A DNA stretch of 64,000 nt from an uncultured beta proteobacterium. Its GTDB lineage: Bacteria > Pseudomonadota > Gammaproteobacteria > Burkholderiales > SG8-39. The position numbers were made by a program, and so were the translations under genes. Under the pieces are notes generated by a model. It saw only the letters and a list, made by a program, of their open reading frames with translations. It made no database searches and had not been told where the DNA came from. Below are positions 1 to 9,919 of the stretch, piece after piece (the stretch's first letter is position 1; each line of letters opens with the position of its first letter). The DNA is taken from assembly GCA_963754305.1 (NCBI GenBank), contig CAVWFR010000040.1, positions 220,584 through 284,583 of the forward strand, written 5' to 3'.

Positions 1-293
1 CCCAGTCCCTCGCCGCGGATCGTGGTCCACGCGAGCCAGAGCAGGTAGGCCGCGCCGGCGAGCCTGATGACATCGAACGCCACCGGGATAGCGAGCAGCA
101 CCACCGACAGTCCGAGCGCGGCGAAGAGCGCGTGCACGGCGAGTCCGGCCGTGACGCCGAGCATCGAGAAATAGCCCGCGCGCCGGCCCTGCGCGAGCGT
201 GCGCGAGACGAGGTAGAGCCAGACCGGCCCGGGCGTCAGCGCCAGGACGAACGAGGCGATCGTGAACAGAAGGAGGGTTTGCCCGCTCAGCAT
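1..293 (-). CDS. LysE/RhtB family amino-acid exporter (N-terminal part; gene continues beyond window start)
   Basis: Not in the ORF track because it runs off the window edge. A minus-strand ATG at 293-291 directly abuts the ivd stop. Translation MLSGQTLLLFTIASFVLALTPGPVWLYLVSRTLAQGRRAGYFSMLGVTAGLAVHALFAALGL... is hydrophobic and carries the LTPGP-type LysE N-terminal motif. Confidence 0.7.
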   Translation of the reverse strand, partial: MLSGQTLLLFTIASFVLALTPGPVWLYLVSRTLAQGRRAGYFSMLGVTAGLAVHALFAALGLSVVLLAIPVAFDVIRLAGAAYLLWLAWTTIRGEGL

Positions 294-1508
294 TCAGGCC
301 GTCTCGCCGAACAGCTCCCGGCCGATCAGCCAGCGCCGGATCTCGCTCGTGCCCGCGCCGATCTCGTAGAGCTTCGCGTCGCGCCAAAGCCGCCCGGTCG
401 CGTACTCGTTGACGTAGCCGTTGCCACCGAGGCACTGGATCGCCTCGCCCGCCATCCAGGTCGCCTTCTCGGCCGCATACAGGATCGCGCCGGCAGCGTC
501 CTTGCGAGCGCTTGTTCCAACCGTGTCGCCCCGGTCGAGCATTTGGCCGACGGCGTACACGTATGCGCGACAGGCGCTGAAAGTCGTGTACATGTCCGCA
601 AGCTTGCCCTGCATCAGCTGGAACTCGCCGATCGCCTGGCCGAACTGCTTGCGCTCGTGCACGTAGGGGATCGCGACGTCGAGGCAGGCGGCCATGATGC
701 CGAGCGGCCCGCCGGCGAGCACCGCGCGCTCGTAGTCGAGGCCGCTCATCAGCACGTTGACGCCGCGGTTGAAATCGCCGAGCACGTTCTCCTCCGGTAC
801 GGCGCAGTCCTGGAAGACGAGCTCGCAGGTGTTCGAGCCCCGCATCCCAAGCTTGTCGAGCTTCTGCGCGGTGTGGAAGCCTCTCATCCCGCGCTCGATG
901 ATGAACGCAGTGATGCCGCGCGGACCCGCCGCGCCGTCGGTCTTGCCATAGACCACCAGCGTATCGGCGTCGGGCCCGTTCGTGATCCACATCTTGTTGC
1001 CGTTGAGGACGTACGTCCCGTTCCGGTACTCGGCGCGGAGCCGCATCCCGACGACGTCGGAACCCGCACCCGGCTCGCTCATCGCGAGCGCGCCGACGTG
1101 CTCGCCCGAGACGAGCTGCGGCAGGTATTTCCGGCGCTGCGCCTCCGAGCCGTTGCGTCGGATCTGGTTCACGCAGAGGTTGGAGTGCGCGCCGTACGAC
1201 AGCCCGACCGACGCCGAGGCGCGGCTGATCTCCTCCATCGCGACGACGTGTGCCAGATAGCCGATGCCGCTGCCGCCGTAGGCTTCCTCGACGGTGATCC
1301 CGAGCAGCCCGAGTGCGCCCAGCTTCGGCCAGAGATCCATCGGGAAAGAGTTCGAGCGATCGATCTCTGCCGCGCGCGGCGCGATCTCGGCGGCGGCGAA
1401 CTCGTGCACCGTGCGCCGGAGCATTTCGACCGTTTCACCGTGGTCGAAGCGGAGCTGCGGAAAGTCGATCATCGGGACTGCGGCGGAGAGCTGCTCGGGG
1501 CGGCCCAT
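294..1508 (-). CDS. ivd: isovaleryl-CoA dehydrogenase (acyl-CoA dehydrogenase family)
   Basis: 404-aa ORF. Acyl-CoA dehydrogenase motifs include [41 protein letters not shown] and [18 protein letters not shown] lies 5 nt upstream of the ATG at 1508. Confidence 0.9.
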   Translation of the reverse strand: MGRPEQLSAAVPMIDFPQLRFDHGETVEMLRRTVHEFAAAEIAPRAAEIDRSNSFPMDLWPKLGALGLLGITVEEAYGGSGIGYLAHVVAMEEISRASASVGLSYGAHSNLCVNQIRRNGSEAQRRKYLPQLVSGEHVGALAMSEPGAGSDVVGMRLRAEYRNGTYVLNGNKMWITNGPDADTLVVYGKTDGAAGPRGITAFIIERGMRGFHTAQKLDKLGMRGSNTCELVFQDCAVPEENVLGDFNRGVNVLMSGLDYERAVLAGGPLGIMAACLDVAIPYVHERKQFGQAIGEFQLMQGKLADMYTTFSACRAYVYAVGQMLDRGDTVGTSARKDAAGAILYAAEKATWMAGEAIQCLGGNGYVNEYATGRLWRDAKLYEIGAGTSEIRRWLIGRELFGETA

Positions 1509-1583
1509 GCGATTCTCCCGGGGGCGGCTGGACTATAATTCGGCGCTCGATTCTACCCCCAGCTTCCTTCCCCCCATCGATTC

Positions 1584-2618
1584 GTGACGCCCGAACAGGT
1601 CCTCGACTATCCCCATCGCGCGCCCCCGCCGCCCGGCGAGACGCGCGAAATTGCCCCCGGCGTCCATTGGCTGCGCATGCCGCTGCCGTTCGCGCTCGAT
1701 CACATCAATCTCTGGCTCCTCGAGGACGGCGATCGCCTGGCGATCGTCGATTGCGGCTTCGCGGCCGACGACACGCGCGGGCTTTGGCAACGCATCTTCG
1801 AGGGCTTCTTCGGCGGGCGCGCGGTGAGCCGCGTCGTCGCGACCCACCTGCATCCGGACCACGCCGGCAATGCGGGCTGGCTGACCGCTCGCTTCGACGC
1901 GCCGCTCGTGATGTCGCAGGCCGACTTCCTGATGGCCCACGCCTGGCGCGACGAGGCCGCCGGGTATTCGACCGACGGGCTGACCGCCCATCTCGAGCGG
2001 AACGGCCTCGCGGGCGAGCGCCTGGCGGCGCTGCGCGGCCGCGGCAATCCGTATCGTCGTTCGGTGCCCGATTTCCCGGTCGTGTACCAGCGCATGATGG
2101 AAGGCGACGCGCTCTCGATCGGCGGCCGCGCCTGGCGCGTGATCATGGGTTACGGCCACGCGCCCGAGCACGCCTCGCTCTACTGCGACGCACTCGGCGT
2201 GCTGATCTCCGGCGACATGCTGCTGCCGCGGATCTCGACCAATATCAGCGTGAACCAGGTCGATCCGCTGGCCGATCCGCTGCGTCTCTTCCTCGGGAGC
2301 CAGCGGCACCTGATGAGCCTCACGCCGGCGGGAACGGTCGTCCTCCCCTCGCACGGCCTGCCGTTCCGCGGCATGCGCGAGCGCATCGCGCAGCTCGAGG
2401 AGCATCATCGCCTCCGGCTGGGTGAGCTCGAGGACGTGTGCGGCGAGCCGAAGTGCGCGGCCGACGTGCTCGGCACGCTGTTCCGGCGCTCACTCGATGC
2501 GCACCAGACTCTGTTCGCCATGGGCGAAGCGCTCGCCCACCTCAACTACCTGATGCACGACGGGCTGCTGCGGCGCGAGCCGGGTGCCGACGGCATCGTG
2601 CGGTTCGTCAGAAGTTAG
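1584..2618 (+). CDS. MBL-fold metallo-hydrolase
   Basis: 344-aa ORF with a GTG start. It has the metallo-beta-lactamase motif THLHPDHAGNAGW and a downstream GYGHAPEH. Confidence 0.85.
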   Translation: MTPEQVLDYPHRAPPPPGETREIAPGVHWLRMPLPFALDHINLWLLEDGDRLAIVDCGFAADDTRGLWQRIFEGFFGGRAVSRVVATHLHPDHAGNAGWLTARFDAPLVMSQADFLMAHAWRDEAAGYSTDGLTAHLERNGLAGERLAALRGRGNPYRRSVPDFPVVYQRMMEGDALSIGGRAWRVIMGYGHAPEHASLYCDALGVLISGDMLLPRISTNISVNQVDPLADPLRLFLGSQRHLMSLTPAGTVVLPSHGLPFRGMRERIAQLEEHHRLRLGELEDVCGEPKCAADVLGTLFRRSLDAHQTLFAMGEALAHLNYLMHDGLLRREPGADGIVRFVRS

Positions 2619-2637
2619 AGAGCTCGGGGAGTCGAAG

Positions 2638-4437
2638 ATGGCCCAGGACGCGCAGCGGGAGGGAGCCGACCCGGTCGACGTGGCGAAGATCTTCGGCGAG
2701 GTCGCGCAGCACTCGTCGAACGTACTCGCCGACTTCGTGAACCGGCACGCGAACGGCAAGGGCCTCGCGTTCACCGACGAGCTCGGCCTCGCCCGCGCGT
2801 ACATGGACATGTGGGCGAAGCTGCTCGCCGACCCGATGGCGCTCGGCCAGGCGCAGATGAACATGTACTTCGACTATCTCCGGCTCTGGCAGTCCTCGTG
2901 GCTGAAGCTGCTCGGCCAGACCGCGGAGCCGGTCGCCGCGCCGCTCGAGGGCGACAACCGGTTCAAGGACGAGGAGTGGCAGTCGAACTTCGTCTTCGAC
3001 TACATCAAGCAGAGCTACCTCATCGCCGCGCGCCACATCCACGACGTCGTCTCGGGCGTCGCGGGCATCCCGGACGAGTCGAAGAAGAAGGTGGACTTCT
3101 TCACCCGCCAGTACGTCGACGCGCTCAGCCCGTCGAACTTCGCGCACACCAACCCTCAGGTCGTGCGGGAAACGTTGAATTCGGGCGGCACCAACCTGGT
3201 GAAGGGCCTCAAGAACCTGCTCGCCGATCTCGACGAAGGCGACGGGCAGCTGCGCATCAAGATGACCGACTCGAAGGCCTTCAAGATCGGTCACAACGTC
3301 GCCACCACGCCGGGGAAGGTCGTGTTCCAGAACGACCTGATGCAGCTCATCCAGTACTTGCCCGCCACCGCCACCGTGTACCGGAAGCCGCTCCTGATCG
3401 TCCCGCCGTGGATCAACAAGTACTACATCCTCGATCTCCGCGAGAAGAACTCGTTCATCAAGTGGGCGGTCGGGCAGGGCCACACCGTGTTCGTCGTGTC
3501 GTGGGTGAACCCCGGCGCCCGCCTCGCCGCCAAGAACTTCGAGGATTACATGCTCGAGGGCACGCTCGCCGCGCTGGACGCGATCGAGCAGGCAACGGGC
3601 GAACGCAGCGTGAACGTGATCGGCTACTGCCTCGGCGGGACGCTCCTCGGCGCGACGCTCGGCTACATGGCGGCGAAGCGCGACCACCGCGTGAACAGCG
3701 CGACCTTCTTCGTGGCGCTGCTCGACTTCTCGATCCCCGGCGAGCTCGGCGTGTTCATCGACGAGCAGCAGGTGGAGAGCCTCGAGCGCCGCATGAACGA
3801 GCGCGGCTACCTCGAGGGCTCGGAGATGGCCGGGACGTTCAGCATGTTGCGCTCGAACGACCTCGTCTGGTCGTTCGTCATCAACAACTACCTGCTGGGC
3901 AAGGAGCCGTTCCCGTTCGACCTCCTGTACTGGAACTCCGACTCCACGCGCATGCCGGCGAAGATGCACAGCTACTACCTGCGCAACATGTACCTCCGGA
4001 ATGCGCTCAAAGATCCGGGCGGCCTGACGCTGGGCGGCGTGCCGATCGACCTCGGCAAGGTGAAGACCCCGGCGTACTTCGTCTCGACCGTCGAGGACCA
4101 CATCGCGCCGTGGAGGTCGACCTACCTCGGCGCGCGGCGCCTCGGCGGCCCGGTGCGATTCGTGCTCGGCGGCTCCGGCCACATCGCCGGCATCGTCAAC
4201 CCGCCCGCGGCGAAGAAGTATTTCTATCTGACGAACGACGAGCTCCCGCCGAGTCCCGATGACTGGCAGAGCGCCGCAACGCGCCACGAAGGCTCGTGGT
4301 GGAACGACTGGCAAGCGTGGATGGACGCGCGCAACGCCGGCGAGCGGGTGCCGGCGCGCCAGCCGGGTGACGGCAAGCTCGCACCGATCGAGGATGCGCC
4401 CGGGTCGTACGTCACCGTGCGGCTCGACGCCGCGTGA
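2638..4437 (+). CDS. phaC: class I poly(3-hydroxyalkanoate) synthase
   Basis: ORF 2584..4437. I prefer the ATG at 2638 (MAQDAQ...), which has GGGGAG upstream. Lipase-box GYCLGGT, typical PhaC blocks (PPWINKYYILDL, LLYWNSDSTRMPA) and a length of about 600 aa. Confidence 0.9.
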   Translation: MAQDAQREGADPVDVAKIFGEVAQHSSNVLADFVNRHANGKGLAFTDELGLARAYMDMWAKLLADPMALGQAQMNMYFDYLRLWQSSWLKLLGQTAEPVAAPLEGDNRFKDEEWQSNFVFDYIKQSYLIAARHIHDVVSGVAGIPDESKKKVDFFTRQYVDALSPSNFAHTNPQVVRETLNSGGTNLVKGLKNLLADLDEGDGQLRIKMTDSKAFKIGHNVATTPGKVVFQNDLMQLIQYLPATATVYRKPLLIVPPWINKYYILDLREKNSFIKWAVGQGHTVFVVSWVNPGARLAAKNFEDYMLEGTLAALDAIEQATGERSVNVIGYCLGGTLLGATLGYMAAKRDHRVNSATFFVALLDFSIPGELGVFIDEQQVESLERRMNERGYLEGSEMAGTFSMLRSNDLVWSFVINNYLLGKEPFPFDLLYWNSDSTRMPAKMHSYYLRNMYLRNALKDPGGLTLGGVPIDLGKVKTPAYFVSTVEDHIAPWRSTYLGARRLGGPVRFVLGGSGHIAGIVNPPAAKKYFYLTNDELPPSPDDWQSAATRHEGSWWNDWQAWMDARNAGERVPARQPGDGKLAPIEDAPGSYVTVRLDAA

Positions 4438-4442
4438 GCTCC

Positions 4443-4492
4443 CGCCCCCTAGTCAAGGGGGTACGAGCGCAGTGCGCGGAGGGTTCAGGAAC
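4443..4492 (-). repeat. REP-like intergenic repeat, copy E
   Basis: The reverse complement gaaccctccgcgcactgcgctcgtacccccttgactagggggcggg matches the family consensus gaacccccCGCTnCGTTTCAy...gCTCG..CCCCTTgAC.GGG seen at 15605, 50196, 52229, 59130 and 63503. Confidence 0.6.
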
Positions 4493-4560
4493 GCTCGCAA
4501 ATCCCGCGATGCCCCCGGCATTCGCCGGGATTCCCGACCTCCTTCGCAGCGGGTGCGAGG

Positions 4561-5451
4561 GTGACGGCGCCGTTTGCGCTCTACACCAAGCTCGTCCTCA
4601 TGGCGGTCCTCTGGGGCGGCCAGTTCATCGCCGGCCGCACGCTCGCGCCGCTGCTGCCCGACTTCACTGCCGGGATGATGCGGTTCCTCGCCGCGACTGT
4701 GGTGCTCGTCGGGCTCGTCATCCTCCGCGAAGGCGGGCTGCCGCGGCTCGACCGGCGGCAGCTCGGCGCGATGATCGCGCTCGGCTTCAGCGGCGTGTTC
4801 TTCTGGAACGCGTGCTTCTTCGCCGGCATGGAGCGCGTGCCGGCGGGCCGCGGCGCGCTGATCATGGCGCTCAACCCGATCGCCATCGCGATGGGGATGT
4901 GGCTCGTCTACGGCGAGCGCATGACGCGCTCGCGCTGGCTCGGCATCGCAGTGGCGCTCGCGGGCGCGGCGATCGTCATCTCGGACGGGCGCCTGCCGTC
5001 GCTCTTCGCCGGCGCGCTCGGCCACGGCGAGGCGTTCCTCTTCGGCTCGGTCCTCGGCTGGGCGGTCTACACGCTGATCGGCCGCCGCGTGCTCGGCCGC
5101 GTTTCGGCGCTCGCGACCACGACCTACGCCGCGATCTTCGGCACGGCGATGCTAGCGGTCGGCGCGCTCGTCGAGCAGCCGTGGGGCGAGATTGCGGCGT
5201 TGCCGGCGAAGGGCTGGGCGGCGATCGCTTACCTCGGCGTGCTCGGCACGGTCGTCGCCTTCCTCTGGTTCTACGAAGGCGTGCAGCGCATCGGGCCCTC
5301 GCGCACCGGGGTCTTCATCAACCTCGTGCCGGTGTTCGGGGTGGCGTTCGGTGCGTTGCTGCTCGGCGAGCCGATCCTCGCGAGCATGGTCATCGGCGGG
5401 CTGCTCGTCATCGCCGGCGTCACCGTCACCAATCGGGCGCCGCGCGGTTGA
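4561..5451 (+). CDS. EamA/DMT-family transporter
   Basis: 296-aa ORF with a GTG start. About ten hydrophobic segments arranged as two EamA-like halves (VLWGGQFIAGR..., AYLGVLGTVVAFLWFYEGVQRIG). Confidence 0.85.
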   Translation: MTAPFALYTKLVLMAVLWGGQFIAGRTLAPLLPDFTAGMMRFLAATVVLVGLVILREGGLPRLDRRQLGAMIALGFSGVFFWNACFFAGMERVPAGRGALIMALNPIAIAMGMWLVYGERMTRSRWLGIAVALAGAAIVISDGRLPSLFAGALGHGEAFLFGSVLGWAVYTLIGRRVLGRVSALATTTYAAIFGTAMLAVGALVEQPWGEIAALPAKGWAAIAYLGVLGTVVAFLWFYEGVQRIGPSRTGVFINLVPVFGVAFGALLLGEPILASMVIGGLLVIAGVTVTNRAPRG

Positions 5452-6117
5452 CGCGAGTCGCCCCGAGCAGGCGGTCGAGCGCGAGCGTCGACGCCGTAGG
5501 CGATCAGCGCCGTCCACAGAACGTGCGAGGCGAAATGCGCGCCGCGCGCCACCTGCACCGCACCGGCGGCGAGCCCGATCAGCACCGCCGCTGCGAAGGC
5601 GAGCCACGCTGCCCGCGGTGCGGTCCGGCGCAGCGCGAAGAACACGCCGAAGAGCGCAAAGCCGCTGGACGCGTGGGCCGCCGGCAGGCAGCGGCCCGGC
5701 CCGGGGTTCGCTGGCAGCGTGCCGAATAACGGGAACCAGCCCGCCTGCCCGCCGTACGCGGCGAGGTCCCACGGACACGAATGCGCGCTCGCGTTGCGGA
5801 GGAGGAGCACCACACCGGCTGCCAACGCCATCCCCACCGCGGCCTGCGCCGCTTCCCGCCGCGTATGCCCGCATGCGCGGGAACGGCAGGACTGCGATCG
5901 CAAGCGTGGCGAGCCACGCCGCCAGCGCCGCGTATTTGATCCCGGTGTGCCCGAGCACCGCCAGCCAACAGCTGTCCCGGAGCGGAAAATCCCGGCGCGT
6001 CGGATCGAAGACCATGCGCGTGAGCCCATCGTCAAAGCCGGCGCGCTCGAAGACGAGCCAGCACGCGAGCGCCGCGGCGAGAAGCGCGGTTGCTTCGGAC
6101 GCCGGAGACGACCTCAA
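5426..6117 (-). pseudogene. PAP2-family phosphatase, frame-broken (one or two frame switches)
   Basis: The N-terminal membrane part is in the frame of ORF 5152..6117 (MRSS...FDPTRRDFPLRDSCWLAVLGHTGIKYAALAAWL...PFPRMR). The catalytic part is in the frame of ORF 5271..6035 (SCPWDLAAYGG, GRCLPAAHASSGF, ARGAHFASHVLW; PAP2 motifs). The switch lies near CCC 5868-5870. A possible second switch near 5490 would give the natural end ...STLALDRLLGATRVNRAAPDW* at 5426, so the 3' end is uncertain. Confidence 0.6.
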
Positions 6118-8088
6118 CGGCCGTCGTTCCCGGCCAGCCTCGGCGGGACCGCCGCGCGGTCGACCGGCGACACTTGTTCTTCGTCGAAATAGAGGCCGTT
6201 GCGGAACACATGCGAGGCGACCTGGTAGAAGGCGATCGCTTCCCGCGCGAGCGACCGATCGGAGGCCGGCACCGGTACCCGGCTCTCCCCGCTCAGCCGG
6301 AGTACCTCGACCTTGCGTTTGGGCTGCAGGAGCACGATCTCGTCGCCCTTCATGTAGCCCAGGGTCTGGAAGTTGGCGACGAAGGCGCGATCGGTGGCGG
6401 GCGGAGAATGGAGGACGTCGCGGCCGAGGAACTTCGTGTAGTAGGCGAAGTCGAGCACGCCGAGCAAGGTCGGGGCGATGTCGATCTGCGACATCAGCCG
6501 GTCCACCTGTCGCGGGGCGATATGCGCCGGCGCGTAGACAAACAGCGGGATCAGGTACTTGTCCACCGGGATCCGCGTCGTGCCGCGCGCGTTCGCGCCG
6601 TGATCGGCGGTGATCACGAACACGGTGTCGTCGAACCAGGGGCGCGTGCGGGCGCGCTCGATGAGCCGGCCGAGCGCGTAGTCGGTGTACTTCACCGCGC
6701 CTTCGCGGCCGCTCCCCGATGCGATGTCGATCCGGCCGGCCGGATACGTGTAGGGACGGTGGTTGCTGGTGGTCATGATGTGCGCGAACACCGGCCGGTC
6801 CGGATGCGCGGCCTTCTCGCGATCGAACTCATCGATGACGTGGTCGTAAAGGTGCTCGTCCGCCACGCCCCAGACGTTCTCGAAATCGATCCGGCTCGAC
6901 GGGATGCTGCGGCGATCGACGACGCGATAGTCGTTGGCGTCGAAGAACGCGTTCATGTTGTCGAAGTAGCCGTAGCCGCCGTAGGCGAACAAGACCCCGT
7001 AGCCCTTGTCCTCGAAGACGCTGCCGAGCGAGAACAGAAACCCGTTTCCGGGGCGCCGGACGATCGACTGCCCCGGCGTCGGCGGCAGCGCGAGCGCGAG
7101 CCCCTCGAGGCCGCGCACAGTGCGGTTGCCGGTCGCGTAAACGCGCGAGAACCACAGACTTTCGCGGGCGAGCCGGTCGAGGTTGGGGGTGAGCCCGCGG
7201 GGATCACCGTACGCGCCGAGAAACTCGGCGCCGAGGCTCTCCACGCTGACGAGCACGACGTTCAGCCGCCGCTCCGTTCCCGGACCGGCAACGAAGCGCT
7301 CGATGCCCCCGCTCTCCGGCAAGATCCACTGCGCGGGCGAAAGTGCCTGCCGAACAGTCGCGAGCGCCTCGGGCAGCGGCAGCGTCGCGTAGTAGCGATC
7401 GTAGCTGAGCTCGTTGCGGCGATTGGCGGCGAAGAGCTCGAAGAGGCCGTTGCCGGCGAGCTCGTTCGCGACATCGTCAGCCGCGCGGTTCTTGAGGTCG
7501 GTGTCGACGAAGTACGTGAGGCCGCCGACCAGCGCGCCCTGCATCGCCATGACCGCGAGCGCTCGCTGCCAGCCCAGGGGCGCGGCCGCCGCGCGCCACA
7601 GCGAGCGTGCGGCGACGGCGGTCGCCAGCCCGGCGACGAGCGCGAGCGCGACGAGCAGCCAGCCGACCGGATAGGACTGCCAGATGTTGCCGAGGACCTC
7701 GTGCGTGTAGAGCAGGTAGTCGACGGCGATGAAGTTGAAGCGCGCGCCGAACTCCTCCCAGAACAGCCACTCCGCGACCGCGAGCAGCAGCGTCGCGAAG
7801 CAGGCGGCGCCGAACAAGACGACCGTCACCATGCGGTAGGCGCGTGTGCGCGCCACCCGGCCGGGCGCGAGCACGAGCCATAGGACGAGCGGCGTGACCG
7901 CGTACGCGGCCGCGACCAGGTCGAACAGCGAGCCCGTACGCGAAGCTCTGCGCGAGCTCCCCGAACGCCAGGCCGGCGACCTCGGGCCGCAGAACGAGCG
8001 CGGCCCGCGTGAGCGTGGACACTGCCACGAACACCGCCCCCCCGGCGATGGCGGGGAGCAGCCGGGCCATGGGTCGCGGCGGCTTCAT
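6114..8088 (-). pseudogene. LTA-synthase/sulfatase-family membrane transferase (alkaline-phosphatase superfamily), single frame break near the N-terminus
   Basis: ORF 6114..7874 has the sulfatase-domain blocks NVVLVSVESLGAEF, MTTSNHRPYTYP and VFVITADHGA. The true N-terminus MKPPRPMARLLPAIAGGAVFVAVSTLTRAALVL...FAYG starts at the ATG at 8088 in another frame (inside ORF 7477..8715). The frames join at about 7930 (gggctcgctgttcgac), giving ...LFDLVAAAYAVTPLVLWLVLAPG.... Confidence 0.75.
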
Positions 8089-8199
8089 CGAGCGCGAGAT
8101 GTTAACCGACCGAACCTGTCGTTCAGCTGAACCGCGCGCAAGGCCCCAACCCGCGGCGGTATGATCGGTCCCCTGGTGTGGAGGAGAGGGTAGACCGCG

Positions 8200-9561
8200 A
8201 TGGCGCGTGACGCTTTGGCGATCGGCGGGGGCGCGGGGTTCTCGGGCGACCGAACCGATGCCGCGGGGCCGGTCGTCGACGACGCTCGTCGCGCGCGGCG
8301 GTCCCGGCCGCGCTGATCTTCGAGACACTCGCCGAGCGGACGCTCGCGCTCGCGCAGCTCGCGCGACGGCAGGATCCCGACGCGGGCTACGAGCCTGCCG
8401 CTCGAGCGCTTCGTCGGGCCCGATGCTGAAGACGCTGCGTCGAGCATCGCATCCCGATCGTCGGTAATTTCGGCGCCGCGAATCCGCGCGCCGCGGCGCG
8501 GCGGCTGCAGGTGCTCGCGCGCGAGCAGGGCCTGCGGGGCCTGCGCGTCGGCGTCGTCGAAGGCGACGATCTCGTCGGACGAGCGCGGACGGGCGTTGTT
8601 GCGCGAGCATCTTCCGGCCGCCGACGCCAGCCGCGACGTCGTGAGCGCGAACGTGTACCAGGGCGCGAAGGCGATCGCCGACGCGCTGCAGCGCCGGCGC
8701 GCAGGTGGTCGTCACCGGCCGAGTCGCCGATCCCTCGCTCGCGGTCGGTCCGGCGATGGCGCACTACGGCTGGGCCGAGGACGACTGGGACACGCTCGGC
8801 CGCGCCACGATGGCCGGCCACCTGCTCGAGTGCGGCGCGCAGGTCACCGGCGGCTACTTCGCCGACCCGGGATTCAAGGACGTTCCCGACCTGCACGATG
8901 CGGGCTTCCCGATCGCGGAGGTCGCCGCCGACGGCTCGTTCACCATCACCAAGGCCGCATCGCACCGGCGGTCTGGTCGACGCGCGCACGGTCAAGGAGC
9001 AGCTGCTCTACGAGGTCCACGATCCGGCCGCTTACCTCACGCCCGACGTCGTCGCCGACATCTCGGACGCCGAGGTGCACGAGATCGGCCGGGACCACGT
9101 CGCGGTGACCGGCGTTCGCGGCCATCCGCGACCGGCGACGCTCAAAGTGAATGCGTGCTTCGACGGCGGCTGGCTCGGCGAGGCGGAGATCTCGTACGCC
9201 GGGCCGAACGCGGAAGGCGCGGGCGCGGCTCGCGGCGGAGGTGGTCCGCCGGCGGCATCGGCGACGCAGCTCGAGTTGCGCTTCGACCTGATCGGCGTGC
9301 TGAGCGTCTTCGCCGACGACGGCGGGCTCGCGCTCGCGGCCCGTGCGCCAGGCGATGCGCGCGATGTGCGCCTGCGGGTCGCCGCGAACGCACACCGAGC
9401 GCGCGCAGGTGGAGCGGCTGCTCGCGGAAGTCACGGCGCTCTACTGCTGCGGGCCGGCCGGCGGGGGCGGCGTGCGCACGAGCCTGCGCTCACGGCTCTC
9501 GACCGTGTCGTGCCTCGTCCCGCGCGAGCGGGTGCCGGCGCACTTCGAGATCCTCGAATGA
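8200..9561 (+). pseudogene. AtuA-like (DUF1446, acyclic terpene utilisation family) gene broken by about 9-12 frame switches
   Basis: Family motifs are distributed cyclically over all three + frames:
- MARDALAIGGGAGFSGDR (from ATG 8200)
- TLVARGGP
- AALIFETLAERTLALAQLARRQDPDAGYEP
- PLERFVGP
- MLKTL
- VEHRIPIVGNFGAANP...VVEGDDL
- LLREHLP...ANVYQGAKAIADAL
- GAQVVVTGRVADPSL...HLLECGAQVTGGYFADP...PIAEVAADGSFTITK
- GGLVDARTVKEQLLYEVHDPAAYLTPDV...GWLGEAEISYAG
- LELRFDLIGV
- ERLLAEVTALYCCGPAGGGGVR...FEILE* (stop at 9561)
Extra bases can be located at about 8281, 8306, 8397, 8422 and 8438. Confidence 0.75.
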
Positions 9562-9899
9562 GCATGGTCCGGGTTCCGCTCCACGATCTCGCCCACGGCC
9601 GCACCGGCGACAAGGGCGATCGCTCGAACATCAGCGTCATCGCCTACCGCCCGGAAGTGTTCCCGTTCATCGCCGAGCAGCTCACCGAGGCGCGGGTCGC
9701 AGAGGCGTTCCGCCACCGGCGCCCGACCGCGGTCAAGCGCTACGTGCTGCCCAAGCTGCACGCCATGAACTTCGTGCTCGACGGCGTGCTCGACGGCGGC
9801 GTGAACGACTCGCTCAACCTTGACACCCACGGCAAGAGCCTCGTGTTTCGCGTCCTCGAGATCGAGATCGAGGTGCCGTCGGAGCTGGCCCCGAAATGA
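9558..9899 (+). CDS. small AtuA-associated protein (about 113 aa partner usually encoded after DUF1446 genes)
   Basis: Intact ORF MSMVRVPLHDLAHGRTGDKGDRSNISVIAY...NFVLDGVLDGGVNDSLNLDTHGKSL. Its ATG at 9558 overlaps the preceding stop (ATGA). The function call comes from remembered gene-pair context. Confidence 0.65.
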   Translation: MSMVRVPLHDLAHGRTGDKGDRSNISVIAYRPEVFPFIAEQLTEARVAEAFRHRRPTAVKRYVLPKLHAMNFVLDGVLDGGVNDSLNLDTHGKSLVFRVLEIEIEVPSELAPK

Positions 9900-9919
9900 T
9901 GTTTACCAGGAGGAGTTCG

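Noticed and set aside
132-1538. 468-aa plus-strand ORF overlapping ivd. Similar long antisense or alternate-frame ORFs include 2608..4314(-), 6090..7883(+), 23555..24961(-), 24007..25770(-), 47573..49879(-), 55109..57082(-) and 57266..60229(+).
   Set aside because: In each case the opposite strand or another frame encodes a protein with clear family motifs. The shadow ORFs are low-complexity R/A/G/P-rich sequences.
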